Of a stretch of DNA of 64,000 nt, positions 33,601 to 44,416 are shown piece after piece. The stretch lies in assembly GCA_002269645.1 (NCBI GenBank), contig NIVC01002660.1, forward strand, positions 87,744 to 151,743, written 5' to 3'. Position numbers and translations under genes: made by a program. The first letter of the stretch is position 1. Each line of letters opens with the position of its first letter. The notes below the pieces were generated by a model. That model searched no databases. It was not told the origin of the DNA and saw nothing but the letters and a program-made list of their open reading frames with translations. The stretch comes from Macrostomum lignano. Its lineage: Eukaryota.

Positions 33601-36600
33601 CTCAGACCCGATTCCCCCAAATCCCTCACTGCTATCTCAGACCCGATCCCCCCAATCCCTCACTGCTATCTCAGACCCGATCCCCCCTAATCCCTCACTG
33701 CTATCTCAGACCCGATCCCCCCTAATCCCTCACTGCTATCTCAGACCCGATTCCCCCAAATCCCTCACTGCTATCTCAGACCCGATCCCCCCAATCCCTC
33801 ACTGCTATCTCAGACCCGATCCCCCCTAATCACTCACTGCTATCTCAGACCCGATCCCCCCTAATCCCTCACTGTTATCTCAGACCCGATCCCCCCTAAT
33901 CACTCACTGGGGTCTCAGATTCAACCTACGGCAGGTGAAGCCTGAAACCTGTACAAAAAACAACTGCTTCCACAGTCGGCCGTCAAAGACGACCTTCGCC
34001 GCTGCCTGAGCGAGGCGGCCTGGCCGGTGCTGGAGCAGTGCCAGCGGCGGGAGCGCATCGCCCAGGTGCTCGACGGCCTGCCATTGGCCGCAGTCTGGTG
34101 CGGCCTCGTCCAACTCGCCGCCTCGGAGACCGCGTCAAACTCGAAGTCTGGCAGAAGCGGCGGAGTCGGCGGCGGCGGCGGCGGCCTCATCGGTCACGTG
34201 GCGTACGCGCTGACGCTGATCTACCTTCCCACTCTGCCTCCGCCGGTGCCTCTGCAGCCAGCTGCTGCCGCCCAGCAACAGCAGTCTGGCACCGTCGGGA
34301 AGCCGCTGGCGCCGAATGGCGCCAATCGACCGGCGCCAACTCCAGCGGTGCCAGGTGCAGCGCCGGGCGGTAGGCGCCAACGGACCAGCCTTCGTCAGGA
34401 AATCGCGCTGTCAGCCGCTAACGCCAAACCAGCTGTGGGATTTTCTGTTCGGAGAGGATTCGAACTGCGGCGAGTGGTTGAGGATCAGGTGGGTACTGAT
34501 TCTTTGTTCTCATTGAGTCATTGTCCCCATTGAGTCTTTGTAGTCATCGAGTCTTTGTCCTCATTGAGTCTTTGTCCTCATGGTGTCTTTGTCCTCATTG
34601 AGTCTTTGTCCTCATGGTGTCTTTGTCCTCATTGAGTCTTTTCCTTCACTGTGTCTTTGTACTCATTGTCTTCATCCTGAGACAGCTTTCATCTTTAAGC
34701 ATTCTTTGTCCTGATCTGGTATTTTTCCTCTATTAAAATAGGGGCACTATTAAAGTTCTGAGCCTTAATATGAAAGAGAGGAGATATGGGCAAAGTGAGA
34801 TCAGCTTTTCTCAACATAGTCTCCCCCAACCAAGATGCACTTATGGCATCTTGATCGCAGCGCCTCAATGCCACTCTGGAAGAATTGCACCGAGCAGCCC
34901 TCAAACCAAGCAGTTGCAGCATCCTTCAGCGCATCATCAGTGTCAAATCGCTGTCCACGGAGCGCCCGCTTGAAATGTGGAAACAGGTGGAAGTCGCTCG
35001 GGGCCAGGTCTGGTGAATAGGCTGGGTGCGGCAGCTCTCGAAACCCTGCGACACTGACAGCAGCCTTGGCAATCCTGCTAGTGTGAGCCGGTGCATTGTC
35101 GTGCAGCAGCACAACACCTCGGCTCAGCATCCCTCGCCTATTTTCCTTGATTGCCTCGCGCAGACGGGCGATCAGGTCAGCGTAGTAGGCACCTGTGACT
35201 GTCTGCTTGTGCGGTAGAAAGTCCAGCAGCAGCGGGCCCTTGGCATCCCAGAAGACGGTGAGCATAATCTTGCCCGCACTGCATGCAGTCCGTGCCTTCA
35301 GTGGTGCAGGTGAACCAACTGGCAGCCACTGCTTGGACTCCTGCTTGGACTCGGGATCGTGGTGATGGATCCACGTCTCATCCCCGGTCACGCAGCAGGA
35401 CAGAAAGTTGGCAGGGTCCGGATCGTAGGAGTCCAGGACAAGCTTTGAGAACTGCACCCATGCGGTCTTTTGGTCCCTTGTCAAGATTCGTGGGATCCAT
35501 CTGGCAGAAACCTTGGACAGATGAAGATGCTGGTGCAGGATCTCAATGACTTGCGGGTCAGAGAGTCCAGTGTCTGCCGCAAGTTCCCTGACTTTCACCC
35601 GCTGGTCACTGTCAACCAGAGCCTGGATGCGCTGGATGTTGTCGGCAGTGACAGCAGTCCGGGGTCGTCCACATCGGGGGTCATCTTCGAGCGAGTCGCG
35701 GCCACGCTTGAACTCGGCTGCCCAGCGCTTTATGGTGGCGTATGAGGGGGCAGCGTCAGCGTACACACTAGCCATGCGGCTTTGAATTGATGTGTTCCTT
35801 ATTACCCGACTTTTGGTAATCAAAGAACACTCACTTCTAGCTCAGTAGCTAGGCAACCCAGTACGTCAACAGAAGGTATTCAATTACCTTGAGTCCTTAA
35901 TTGAGAGCTCTCGTTAATACTCCTTGTTCGTGGATCTCGCTATCAGTAGCGTCTGTCCTTCAGGAATTCCGGGCGCCGGTCAACAGTTGATCTGGTCCGC
36001 TCTTGCAATTGTCTCCTTGACTTCTTGCCGGCCGGTAATCTGTAGTTCGGACCAATCGGAAGCTTCCAAGTTAACAATGGGGATCCCTGCGCCAAACTGC
36101 GGTTTAATATAAGCCTACTCCTTCTAGCAGTGCCTCTCTGCACTCTAGGTATAGCTCCGGAAACCACTGATAGTCTTCTAAGACCTATCAGGGGCAGTCC
36201 TTCTGGAGACTGCAACCAGTGGAGTCTAAACAGACTCAAGAGTCTCAGCAGACTCAAATAAACTCAAGTCTCAATAGACTTGAGCGAGACGTCTCAACCA
36301 ACGGGCGCAAATGAGTAAGGCTTACCGCAAGAACTCGTCCACGACGCGAGTTTCTTCAGGAAGGCTTCACTAGAGCTTCCTCTTCGGAGCTTCTCTCTCT
36401 TGGAGATTCTGTGGCTCCGGGTCCGTTCCGGACCACTTGTATTTATAGGCGTTCAGACCTCTCTCGAGGTCGTACATCACTGTCTTCGCAAATGTCAAAG
36501 GGTCACGATTCGGTGGCTGTCAAGCATGACAGGGTAGAAAGTTGCGCAACTAGTCTACTGTAAAAGCGCATGATTGGTTACCGTAGCTGGTAGACTTTGA

Positions 36601-37389
36601 TTGGTTCATCCGGGTGCAACCCGAGTGCAAACCAAATGATGACTTGAAGGTGGGGTTTGAATTGACAGTTGTTGGTCGCACGTGATTGGGTGATTTCTAA
36701 AATTAGCATGCTCAAGGTCTCTTTCTTTCTATTGGTTAGTCAGAATATACTTATAATTCAAAGCATACCTTTATTCATGCTCTTCAACTTACTACTGAAT
36801 AAAATGTGTGAGTAGTACGTTAACACTTTTATGTCTTCTTACGGGAGGTAGAACACTCTACAGAATTTCAGCAGGCTTTGAGCCCTCCAGAGTCAGAAAT
36901 TTAATCACTGCCCTGTGCTCAAGCTTCAATTCTTGAGAAAATGCCATGGGGTGCTGGAAATAAAATGGTGCAGTGGGACTTAGGGAATGCAGAAAATTCT
37001 GAAAAGTTGACAATAGACTATTAACATGTGGCGCTTTTAGAGCCTAAAGTTTCAACACTTTGCCACTATAAGATCTTGGTCAGGCTCAGAACTTTAATAG
37101 TGCCCCTGTATAAGTCTTTGTCTTCACGGAGCCTTTGTTGTCCTAAATTATGTGTCTCAATTGAGTCTTTGGCCCCTTTAACTCATTGTCCTCATTGAAT
37201 AGCTCTGTCCTCACTGAGTCTTTATCTGAAGACAGTCTGTCCCTCAACCAAGTGTGAAAAAATTTCCACAATTTCTCCAAACTGCAGTGGCGCAAGCAAG
37301 CGCAAAGTCAGCTTGAGTTCGAGAACGCAACTCGAGACGAGCAGCTCCGAAGGAAAGCCGCAGAAGCCGCCGCGACCGCCGCTGATTAA
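30605..37389 (+). CDS. TMEM232: Transmembrane protein 232 homolog (7 exons)
   Basis: Exons 30605-30738, 30830-31047, 31756-32353, 32497-32621, 32705-33162, 33976-34488 and 37288-37389, all phases compatible. Blocks FEVTDAFIKKYN..GQHVNLPFAWTELVFLSHCRG, IPALFYIAETVLY, FLRLF, LLWHALDVW, WIDTYLALLIVGNAA, WPWELA and ELRRVVEDQ|WRKQ parallel human TMEM232 as recalled. Confidence 0.88.
31245..31742. repeat. Composite CATTCTCAGA(T/G)-based minisatellite in TMEM232 intron 2
   Basis: Tandem variants of TCCTCATTCTCAGATCAGA running up to the acceptor. Confidence 0.92.
32358..32447. repeat. (ACTG)n microsatellite in TMEM232 intron 3
   Basis: Direct observation. Confidence 0.95.
33184..33918. repeat. ~35-bp minisatellite (CTCAGACCCGATCCCCCCAAATCCCTCACTGCTAT)n in TMEM232 intron 5
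   Basis: About 21 tandem copies. Confidence 0.96.
34500..34680. repeat. 17-bp minisatellite (CATTGAGTCTTTGTCCT)n at the start of TMEM232 intron 6; it resumes at ~37115-37225 after the mariner
   Basis: The same unit is present on both sides of the mariner element. Confidence 0.85.
34740..37107 (-). mobile_element. Mariner (DD34D) DNA transposon, ~2.37 kb, with perfect 26-bp TIRs
   Basis: AGGGGCACTATTAAAGTTCTGAGCCT at 34740-34765 and its exact reverse complement at 37082-37107, followed by GTA. It lies inside TMEM232 intron 6, antisense to the host gene. Confidence 0.9.
34801..35823 (-). CDS. Mariner transposase; catalytic domain uninterrupted, N-terminus apparently shortened
   Basis: WIPR (the WVPH equivalent), TGDETW, LHDNAPAH and HPAYSPDLAPSDFHLF give a D,D(34)D triad. 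The track ORF starts at a TTG, and the first ATG is at MASVY, so part of the first HTH seems lost. Confidence 0.9.
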   Translation of the reverse strand: MITKSRVIRNTSIQSRMASVYADAAPSYATIKRWAAEFKRGRDSLEDDPRCGRPRTAVTADNIQRIQALVDSDQRVKVRELAADTGLSDPQVIEILHQHLHLSKVSARWIPRILTRDQKTAWVQFSKLVLDSYDPDPANFLSCCVTGDETWIHHHDPESKQESKQWLPVGSPAPLKARTACSAGKIMLTVFWDAKGPLLLDFLPHKQTVTGAYYADLIARLREAIKENRRGMLSRGVVLLHDNAPAHTSRIAKAAVSVAGFRELPHPAYSPDLAPSDFHLFPHFKRALRGQRFDTDDALKDAATAWFEGCSVQFFQSGIEALRSRCHKCILVGGDYVEKS

Positions 37390-38239
37390 CAAACAATTCC
37401 GTTAATGTAATAATTTTATAAGAGATCTCTTCTATCACGAGTACAAATTTGTTAATTTTTTACCTCGCGTTTAAATTTAATTGAATAATATTATAACAAA
37501 GATTCACTTTGTAAAAACGTAGCGAAAACGTATCTTGAAAATTCTATAGCTAAAATTTCTTTTTAATTACAATTAAATTTAATAAATTCTTAAGCAATCA
37601 ATTAAACAATGTTAATCACTGTGGAAAAGCAAAATTTATTCAATTTAAAATAGTCAAGGACAAACGTAAGACACATCATTGATGTTTCTTGTGTGTTTTA
37701 AATAATCGTTATATATTACTCGTAATTAATCGAAATAATTTAATTGGGCTGATAAAATTGTTAAATTAAAACTCAATCGCGCAAAGAAAATTAATTCAAA
37801 GTAAAAAAATACTATAATAGCTAGCGCATGTTTGGGGACAGTATTTTATGTTAGGATTAGTAAAATAACTTAGTATAAGCATTCCATACACAATCAGTTT
37901 TATACTAGCAATTAGTGCCCCCCGTTGGGGAGCCAACAAAGAATGGAATACAAACTTTTGAATAAACTGTGTGTCTGACATGACGCTTCTTTTATAACAA
38001 TAAAGTATTAACATAAAAGAACAATAATATTAAGTTTGGACAATGGACATCAATCATCAGAGCTCATTAAATCTATTAAACGAAATAAGAAATTGCTCTT
38101 ATATATATATTGATTTGAGTACAAAGCTGTGTACACAATTTTGGGTGGAAAGGCGTGGCATGTATCAAATCAGTCTCATCCGGTTTTTGAGCGAGCCAAA
38201 AAAGTTAAAGCTGACGGCTAGCACCCCATGGCTAGCTGA

Positions 38240-38525
38240 TTGTTTAAAAGTAGGTTGTGGGGCCTTAATGTACATAGCCTCTAAAGGCTCTAATAAGCTA
38301 AGTTTGTCATCGTTCTTACAAAATTCTACAGTCTTAAGACTATAATCATTTCGTGTGGTTTAGTGTCTCAGCAGCTCTTGCAGGTGAGCAGATGTTCAGT
38401 AATGGCCAGTGTTCTGTAACTCTCGTGTAGATGCCGTTTGGTCTTTCCCATTTAGGAAATGGTCTGGTCATCAGAGCAATTAAACTGGTATACAACACTT
38501 GCAGCGAGAGGTCGAAGGACACTGG
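38240..38525 (-). mobile_element. Penelope-like element 3' remnant (GIY-YIG endonuclease)
   Basis: ASVVYQFNC..(*)MGKTKRHLHE..AITEHLLTCKSC..NDDKLSLLEPLEAMYIK..PTF follows the PLE GIY-YIG pattern VVY.F.C..YIG.T.R.L..AI..H..LE...I. Stops and frameshifts are present. Confidence 0.75.
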
Positions 38526-38529
38526 ATTT

Positions 38530-39890
38530 CAGATTGCTCACGAACGCGCGACCGATCTCCAGCCTCCAAGGGCCCGTGAATGTCCAATTCTGAAAAGCTG
38601 AATTGATGGCAGAAGCTGGCACCAACTCGCTGGATGCTGTGGCCGGAGAAACCTGCAGCTGGAGCCAGCCAGACACGCACGAAGGCAGCTGATGAACTGG
38701 CTGGCTGAGAGCTCGCCTCCGTAGCCGAAGAGCGGCGTCCTTGAGTCGCTGGCTGGTGACAGGTGCAGGTGCGACCGCAGGGCGCGCACAGGGCAGAGCG
38801 GTCACTCAGCTTGAACAGGTGGCAGAAAGACGACAGGCGGCGTCGACCTAAACTGGTTGGCCTTGAACTTTTGGAGTGCCAATTTCCAGTAGCCATATGA
38901 AGTCGCCAAGGCGCAGCATGCGCCCCACCAGCCCCCCATGCAGCGCCTGTGTGTGGGCAAGGGCCGGGTGCGACGCCAGGCAGCCTTGGATTTTGCAGAC
39001 GTGGCGGAACTTGCAGTTCAGGCGGATGCACCCCGGATGCATCCCGAAGCACTCGGAGTTGAAACGCAGGCAGATCGGCCTAATTGCTGCCGGCAATTGC
39101 TGCTTAGCGAACGTGAACCACAGGTTTCTGGGTGCGTTGAGGTGTTTGTGGTACAGCTGTGGTACAGCTCCTCACCCCACGCCATGCCCGTCTCTGCCAC
39201 CAGCTTCCAGTAGTCCTCGTTAAACTCCCAGATCACGAACTCCGGGTAGTCAGCGGCCATCTTGCGATTGTAGTTGAGGTAGCCAAGGACGTCATTTAGG
39301 AGACCAGCAGTGCTTTCAGCAGCCGCTGGAAATTTTTCCTTGATCAGCTTTTGCAGGATGATCGAGTTGGCCGCGATCAAACGACTAGCAGAGATACTGG
39401 ACAGCTTCGGCTCTTGCTTTCTTAATGTGAGCGACCCATTCTCCATTGTGGCGATAAACTGCTCCTGACTGGCTGAGCTGGGTCCTCTGGTTAGCTTGAT
39501 GTTGTCTCTGATCAGATGCAACTCGCGAGTCGAAGCCTGGCAATTAGCGGCCTGAAGCTGAGCCGCCTCCTTCATCCCAGATTCAAGAACCTCGGGCAAC
39601 TGCAGACCGGCATGCACGACTTGCTCACCTGATGATGATGCTGCCTGAGGCTGAGCCGTCAAGCACTGCTGAGTGTGAAGCTGTTGCTAAGATTCCGACG
39701 ACGTTCTAACAGGAATTTCAGTTCCTCCACCCCGGAGGCGAATGGCCCGCGCTGTTGATGCCGTTCTCGGCCTCCGGAGCGGAAGAAGTCATCTCGGAGT
39801 TGTTGAACTCTTCGTCAGCTTGCTTGCGATTCTGAAGTCCACTGTTTCACTGACGCCTCAATGAGGCATGGTTTTTCCACGGATTAAGTA
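38530..39890 (-). mobile_element. DIRS/Ngaro tyrosine-recombinase retrotransposon, internally deleted (gag, CCCH finger and YR C-terminus; no RT/RH)
   Basis: Gag-like GYLNYNRKMAADYPEFVIWEFNEDYWKLVAETGMAW. Zinc finger ICLRFN..GC..NCKFRHVC..C..SHP. YR tail LCPVRALRSHL..TPLF..LSASQFISCLRACL..LGGWRS. Confidence 0.75.
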
Positions 39891-40800
39891 GTCTGTGGGT
39901 CCTTCATGCTTCGGAGCTTGCATCTTCTTCAAGGGAGAAGTGGTGTGGAGCTACTCCCAGCACACTGGACTCAACTTCCGTGTTTTTCAGAGCGAGGTGC
40001 TTGCCATCAGCTCCTGTGCGGCAGAGCTGCGCCGGGGGCAGCTCAGCGGTCGGAAATGTAATTTTCACTCTGACAGCCAAGCAGCCCCTCGGGCCCTCTG
40101 CCGCAGCACCACCAGCTCCAGATTTGTCCTGGACTGCTACGCCCTAGCTCAACGGGTTTGTGCTAGGCAACCAGGTGGAGCTCAGATGGATCCCGGGTCA
40201 TGCTGGATCCTCGGCAGCGAGCACACTGACCTGCTGGCTAAGGCAGGCTCCGCCGGCGCTGCTGGGGCCGGGCCCGGGAGCCCCCACCCCCGTTCGGTGA
40301 TCAACTCCCGCCTTAAGCGCTGGGCTGATTCCGAGCATCTCCGCAGGTCGCGCGGAACCTGGAATTGCAGGCAATCCCGTGCTGCCGTCCCCTATCCCTC
40401 CCCCCTCCTGCGTAGAGCCCTCCTCAGGATCAACTGCAGAGATCTCAGAGCAGTTAGCATGGCCCTCTCCGGGCATGGCTGCTTCTCTCGCCACCGCTTC
40501 CTTCAGGGCCAGGTACCCGAGGAGCGGTGCCCCTTCTGCTGCTCAGGCAGTGAAAACGCCGAGCACTTTATCTGCCACTGCCCGGTTTTTACCAGGGCCA
40601 GGCCAAGGACCACTAGGAACACTAGTCTAGTAGTCCTTGGGCCAGGCTCACTCACCTTGGGCCAAACCCCGTTCTCCGACGTTTGCAGGCCCGAGACAGG
40701 GAATCCTATTGGCTCGCTGCGCTCCCCAAGAAGCGACACTGGGCTAGGAAGGGGTGTACAAGGTTAGTCTCAACACCTCTCTCAAACCACTCATTCTGCC
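39890..40800 (+). mobile_element. 5'-truncated non-LTR retrotransposon (I/LOA/R1-type): RNase H plus CCHC knuckle
   Basis: RVFQSEVLAI, FHSDSQAA, (W)IPGH.G..GSE.TDLLAK.GS after a frameshift, ALSGHG and CPFC..SENAEHFICHCPVFTRAR. Confidence 0.88.
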
Positions 40801-40959
40801 TATGTTTTCCTATGAGAAACTAGTTAACTTTGTTATTTAATAGATTGATGTAATAATTTGCTCTCGTAACAGTTCGAAACCCTTTAGAAAGACAAAATAA
40901 GGTTAATATAAATAACTCACCAAAAAATATGAACAAGCAATGCTCTAGAGCCGGTGCTT

Positions 40960-41876
40960 AGTAAAAAAGGCTAATTTTGTGAGCTGTGCGACCTGACTCA
41001 GCTGCTCTGACAAGAAACTCAGCTTCCCGTACAGATTCCTCAGCAGCGGTATCCTGTTCAAGGTTTGTCTTGTTCTCTAAAATTGAGGACAAATCCTGGA
41101 CAGCCTTCTCTACCTCCTTTTGAGCAAGCAGCAAATGGCGCCGGTAGTCAGAGTACTTTCATCTTGGAGACAGTTCTTCAGCCAAGCAAGTATGTTTTCC
41201 AGCTGCGAAAATGTGCACAACTTACTCTCGGGTACCAAAGCTGTCGCAAGTTGGACTCCACAGATGCTAGACGTGGCTATCTCAAGTTTGTCAGCGGAGG
41301 ACATATTAGTTGTGGAAAACGTTATCTGCGAATTGGATGCATGCCTGAAAAAGCAGCCCGGGTAGTCCGGCAGCTGGTGCGTTAGGACGTCTTGGAAGCT
41401 ATCGATAACAACACTTTGAAGAAAAAAGATTGCATCCTCCTCGTAGCGACGCATGACACTCTCACGACGACTCTGGGCGGATGTCGGGGTGGTGGGCCGC
41501 TCCTCAGGAACTTTTTTATTCAAGTACGATGTCGCATTTGGGAAATGCTGAGGACAGCATCCGAAGTCAATTGTCGGAACTTTGTTTTTTTACCTGATTG
41601 GTGTCCGAATCAGCAGATGCGAGTTGGAATCCTGTGAGTCAGTAACGAAGAATCTCTCAAAGAAATGGAGCAAACAGATTCTATAGTTATGCTTGGGATC
41701 ATGGCGTCATCTTTTCTAACTAAGCATCGGTCCACTCCCTTGGAATAGCCGAAATCCACTTCTCTAAGAGCTCCGGCTGAGTGCGCGGAGGAAACTTATG
41801 GATACTAACAGTTGAATCCTTCTCGTATCGAGGCAGGTTGGTGACGCAAAGTGGGGACGCAACACTCGAATCCCAT
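40960..41876 (-). mobile_element. THAP-domain (P-element/THAP9-like) transposase N-terminal remnant
   Basis: Broken frames give MGFECCVP..VSIHKFP..LLEKWISAIPR..VCSI.F..DSQDSN..FPNATSYLNK, a THAP C2CH signature, followed by a coiled region and FLSEQL-like sequence. Several stops and frameshifts. Confidence 0.75.
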
Positions 41877-42814
41877 CTTTGATAACAGTTGTTTTGGCAT
41901 TATTTGAAGAATATGTTTTTAAAGTTACAGTTTTGAGCGTTTTTGAGTGTAACAGAGATTTTGAATTTTAGCAGGGTCTGTTTTTCCCTCTGGGTTTGCT
42001 ATCATATACTTTTAGGCATGAATGGGAAACAAAGCGACGACTGCACAGGATAAAAAAGTCAGACTTTTCAACTGGACTCGTTCAAATGAATCCTTTTCTT
42101 CTTCCCACACAGCTCGAAAAACGAGACTAACCTTGTACAACGGAGGGTGGGGCAGGGTGAGTGTCGCTTCCTGGGGAAGCGGTCGAAGCAACCAAAGAGG
42201 ATTCCTTGTCCGAGAGCACACCACTGCTCGCCCGGTACCTCAGGGACACGGGACAAGCTGATTTCTTCCCCACCGCCAGTGAGGAGGACCGCGCTGCAGG
42301 CGAGACCGACGGGTATCCCTGAGCGACATCGCTTCAATGGAAGTCATTGGTCTCCAGGGGCTAGCGGAATGTGCGGTCTCCTCCGCCTCCTCGCTGCATC
42401 CGCCGGACGCCCCCTGCAGCAAAGTCAAGGAAGTCAGACGTCTTTTAGCTGTTCATTTCCAAGTTGCAAGTCATAGCAGATGCATGTAAAAAGCTGGACA
42501 CTCGTAGAGTAGCCAGTAAATGTAAACGCGTCTGACTCTCGCACTGCCTGCAGCCCCTATATGGTTCGTAGTTCAATTCCGTGAATTACAGTGTACATGT
42601 AACTTGGGGGCTTGTGCACAAAATCACTGTCTAGATCTGCAAAACATGGCCGGGTTTGTCATGTAAATCACACAACACAAAGCCAAAGTCAAAGCTCAAG
42701 GCAAATCGATCGAATTTCAGTAGGCAAAGACCATTCGGCCTCTCAAAAACAGTACTAAAAATAGCTCGTACGGTTGGTGCCCACCTTTTGCAGCTGCTTC
42801 AGCATCCCTGCTGC

Positions 42815-43084
42815 CGCCCTCGAAAACACGGCTCTAGCAAAATATCCTAGCTACGCTCCCAATTCTGAGTCTTCCACTAAGACTGCTGAAAAATGCAATT
42901 TTACCTTCCATTATTGATGCAAAAGCATCGATTTCATGTTGTGCAGAGTAGAAGCAATCGAGGATCCGACTTCGGTACAGTTAAAAGCCCAAATTGCTAG
43001 CTGAAAGCTTTTTTGATACAGATGATGGATTAAAAATTCATTATGGATGGATAAGGGGGGGGGAGCCACTCAAACCTAAAATTG
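42815..43084. repeat. Dispersed repeat Y, left part (homologous to 52345-52610)
   Basis: CTGCCGCCCTCGAA..GCAAAAGCATCGA..GGATCCGACTTC..GTTAAAAGCCC..AAAAATTCATTATG..GAGCCACTCAAACC aligns by eye at roughly 75-80% identity. Confidence 0.85.
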
Positions 43085-43089
43085 TATAA

Positions 43090-44166
43090 ATGTGTGCTCA
43101 AATTTCGGCGCAGCAAAAGCAATTTACCTGCACAAAACCTGGCATGCCACTTCAAGCTCTGACTGCCGCTCTGCTGCTCCTGCAGCTGCAGGCGCTCGCC
43201 ACCGCCAAAACTCTCAACATTCTCCACACCGACTGCCTCGACCAGTCTCGCGGCAGCGACTCCTCCGCCACGTCGTTCATCGACTGCGTGGCGACCAGCC
43301 GCACCAACGACATGGGCGGCCTTGCCGTGGCGCAGTGGAACGACCGCGACAACACCTGCTGGCTGTACAACTACCAGCGAGTCTGCCAGCAGCTCATGGG
43401 TGCCGGTCAATATGAGCAACCCACCCCGACCAGCTGCAGGACGGTCCTCGGCACCAAGTATGACGCGATCTCGGCCAGCCGACTGTTCTTATTTTTCTGG
43501 GTTGGAGACGCCGGTACTGGAAGGATGGAAAGCCTGGCTTGCATGCCGGGCGGAACCGATGCAACCATAATGTCAACTGGAGTCACCTGGACCAGCGAGG
43601 GACCTCGTCTGTACGGTTCAAACAACTCTAGGCTGTGGTCCTCTCCGGTACCGTTGCTCCACCTTACACATACTGTGTCGTTTGGGATTCGCTTGAAAAG
43701 AAGGCCGAAGAACAATATCTTTCTTGAACTGACTGACTGCGCCACTTTCAAGGTGATGGGCATGAATATCCTCGAGAAGAACTACCTGGCCCCGACTTCG
43801 TCACCTAACGGAGCTCTGTTTGCCAACTTGGGTCCGTTCGCCAGGTCCTACACCGGTGAGTCCGCCCTGCCAGATGATGACAGTCAGTTCTTCACGCTGG
43901 GATTGGCTATCAACCGGTCAAGTATTTTTGACGACCCAAGCGATTACGATTACAAATACTTCGTGGACTACACCGTGGTGCCGCATAACATTTTGTCTAC
44001 TACTCACTGGCTCAATGCAAACACCAGCTACTGCCTGGCCATCGGCTGGAGCGGCAGCACCGGAGGGCCGATAGATTTTCTCGACGGCGTCGTCGCAGCC
44101 GTGGGCGTCTCGGCCAACAAGCTGGACAGCGCCGACTTACGTCTGGTTTTCGACCGCACCGGCTAA
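43090..44166 (+). CDS. Intronless secreted protein: signal peptide, PAN/apple-like Cys domain and a ConA/LamG-like beta-sandwich
   Basis: Uninterrupted 358-codon ORF, with a likely start at ATG 43144 (MPLQALTAALLLLQLQALATA is a signal peptide). C..C..WN..TCWLY is PAN-like. The C-terminal SFGIRLK..FTLGLAI..YFVD..LAIGW..FLDGVVAAVGV pattern is LamG-like. Domain names are pattern-based. Confidence 0.8.
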   Translation: MCAQISAQQKQFTCTKPGMPLQALTAALLLLQLQALATAKTLNILHTDCLDQSRGSDSSATSFIDCVATSRTNDMGGLAVAQWNDRDNTCWLYNYQRVCQQLMGAGQYEQPTPTSCRTVLGTKYDAISASRLFLFFWVGDAGTGRMESLACMPGGTDATIMSTGVTWTSEGPRLYGSNNSRLWSSPVPLLHLTHTVSFGIRLKRRPKNNIFLELTDCATFKVMGMNILEKNYLAPTSSPNGALFANLGPFARSYTGESALPDDDSQFFTLGLAINRSSIFDDPSDYDYKYFVDYTVVPHNILSTTHWLNANTSYCLAIGWSGSTGGPIDFLDGVVAAVGVSANKLDSADLRLVFDRTG

Positions 44167-44416
44167 CGACGTGAACGGATTTATGCGGCTCCGCGATTGC
44201 CATCTTTTTGTTTCCTAGCGGATGCGTTGACATTCTTTGACTTGACTGGCAAAATATCGATTTTGTATTGGCTCGATTTTGGACTAAATATATTGGAGAA
44301 GGCGCTGGGACCGTCCCTGAACATCTTTTGATTGAATCCGATGCTTTTTCTATCAGTTATTTTTTTAGAACAAGGAACCTGTGCTTTTCTGATCGATTCA
44401 TGTCACTCTGTCGAGG

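Noticed and set aside
38030-38075. Hammerhead ribozyme in the Penelope 3' region (minus-strand CTGATGA)
   Set aside because: No GAAA follows the putative stem II, so it is at best a decayed relic.
42100-42480. GC-rich ORF-like segment
   Set aside because: All frames are broken and I recognise no motif. It is probably a TE fragment but cannot be supported.
43090-44166. Horizontal transfer from bacteria as the origin of the intronless secreted gene
   Set aside because: Its composition resembles host exons and the PAN-like Cys pattern is animal-like. Nothing in the sequence supports a bacterial source.
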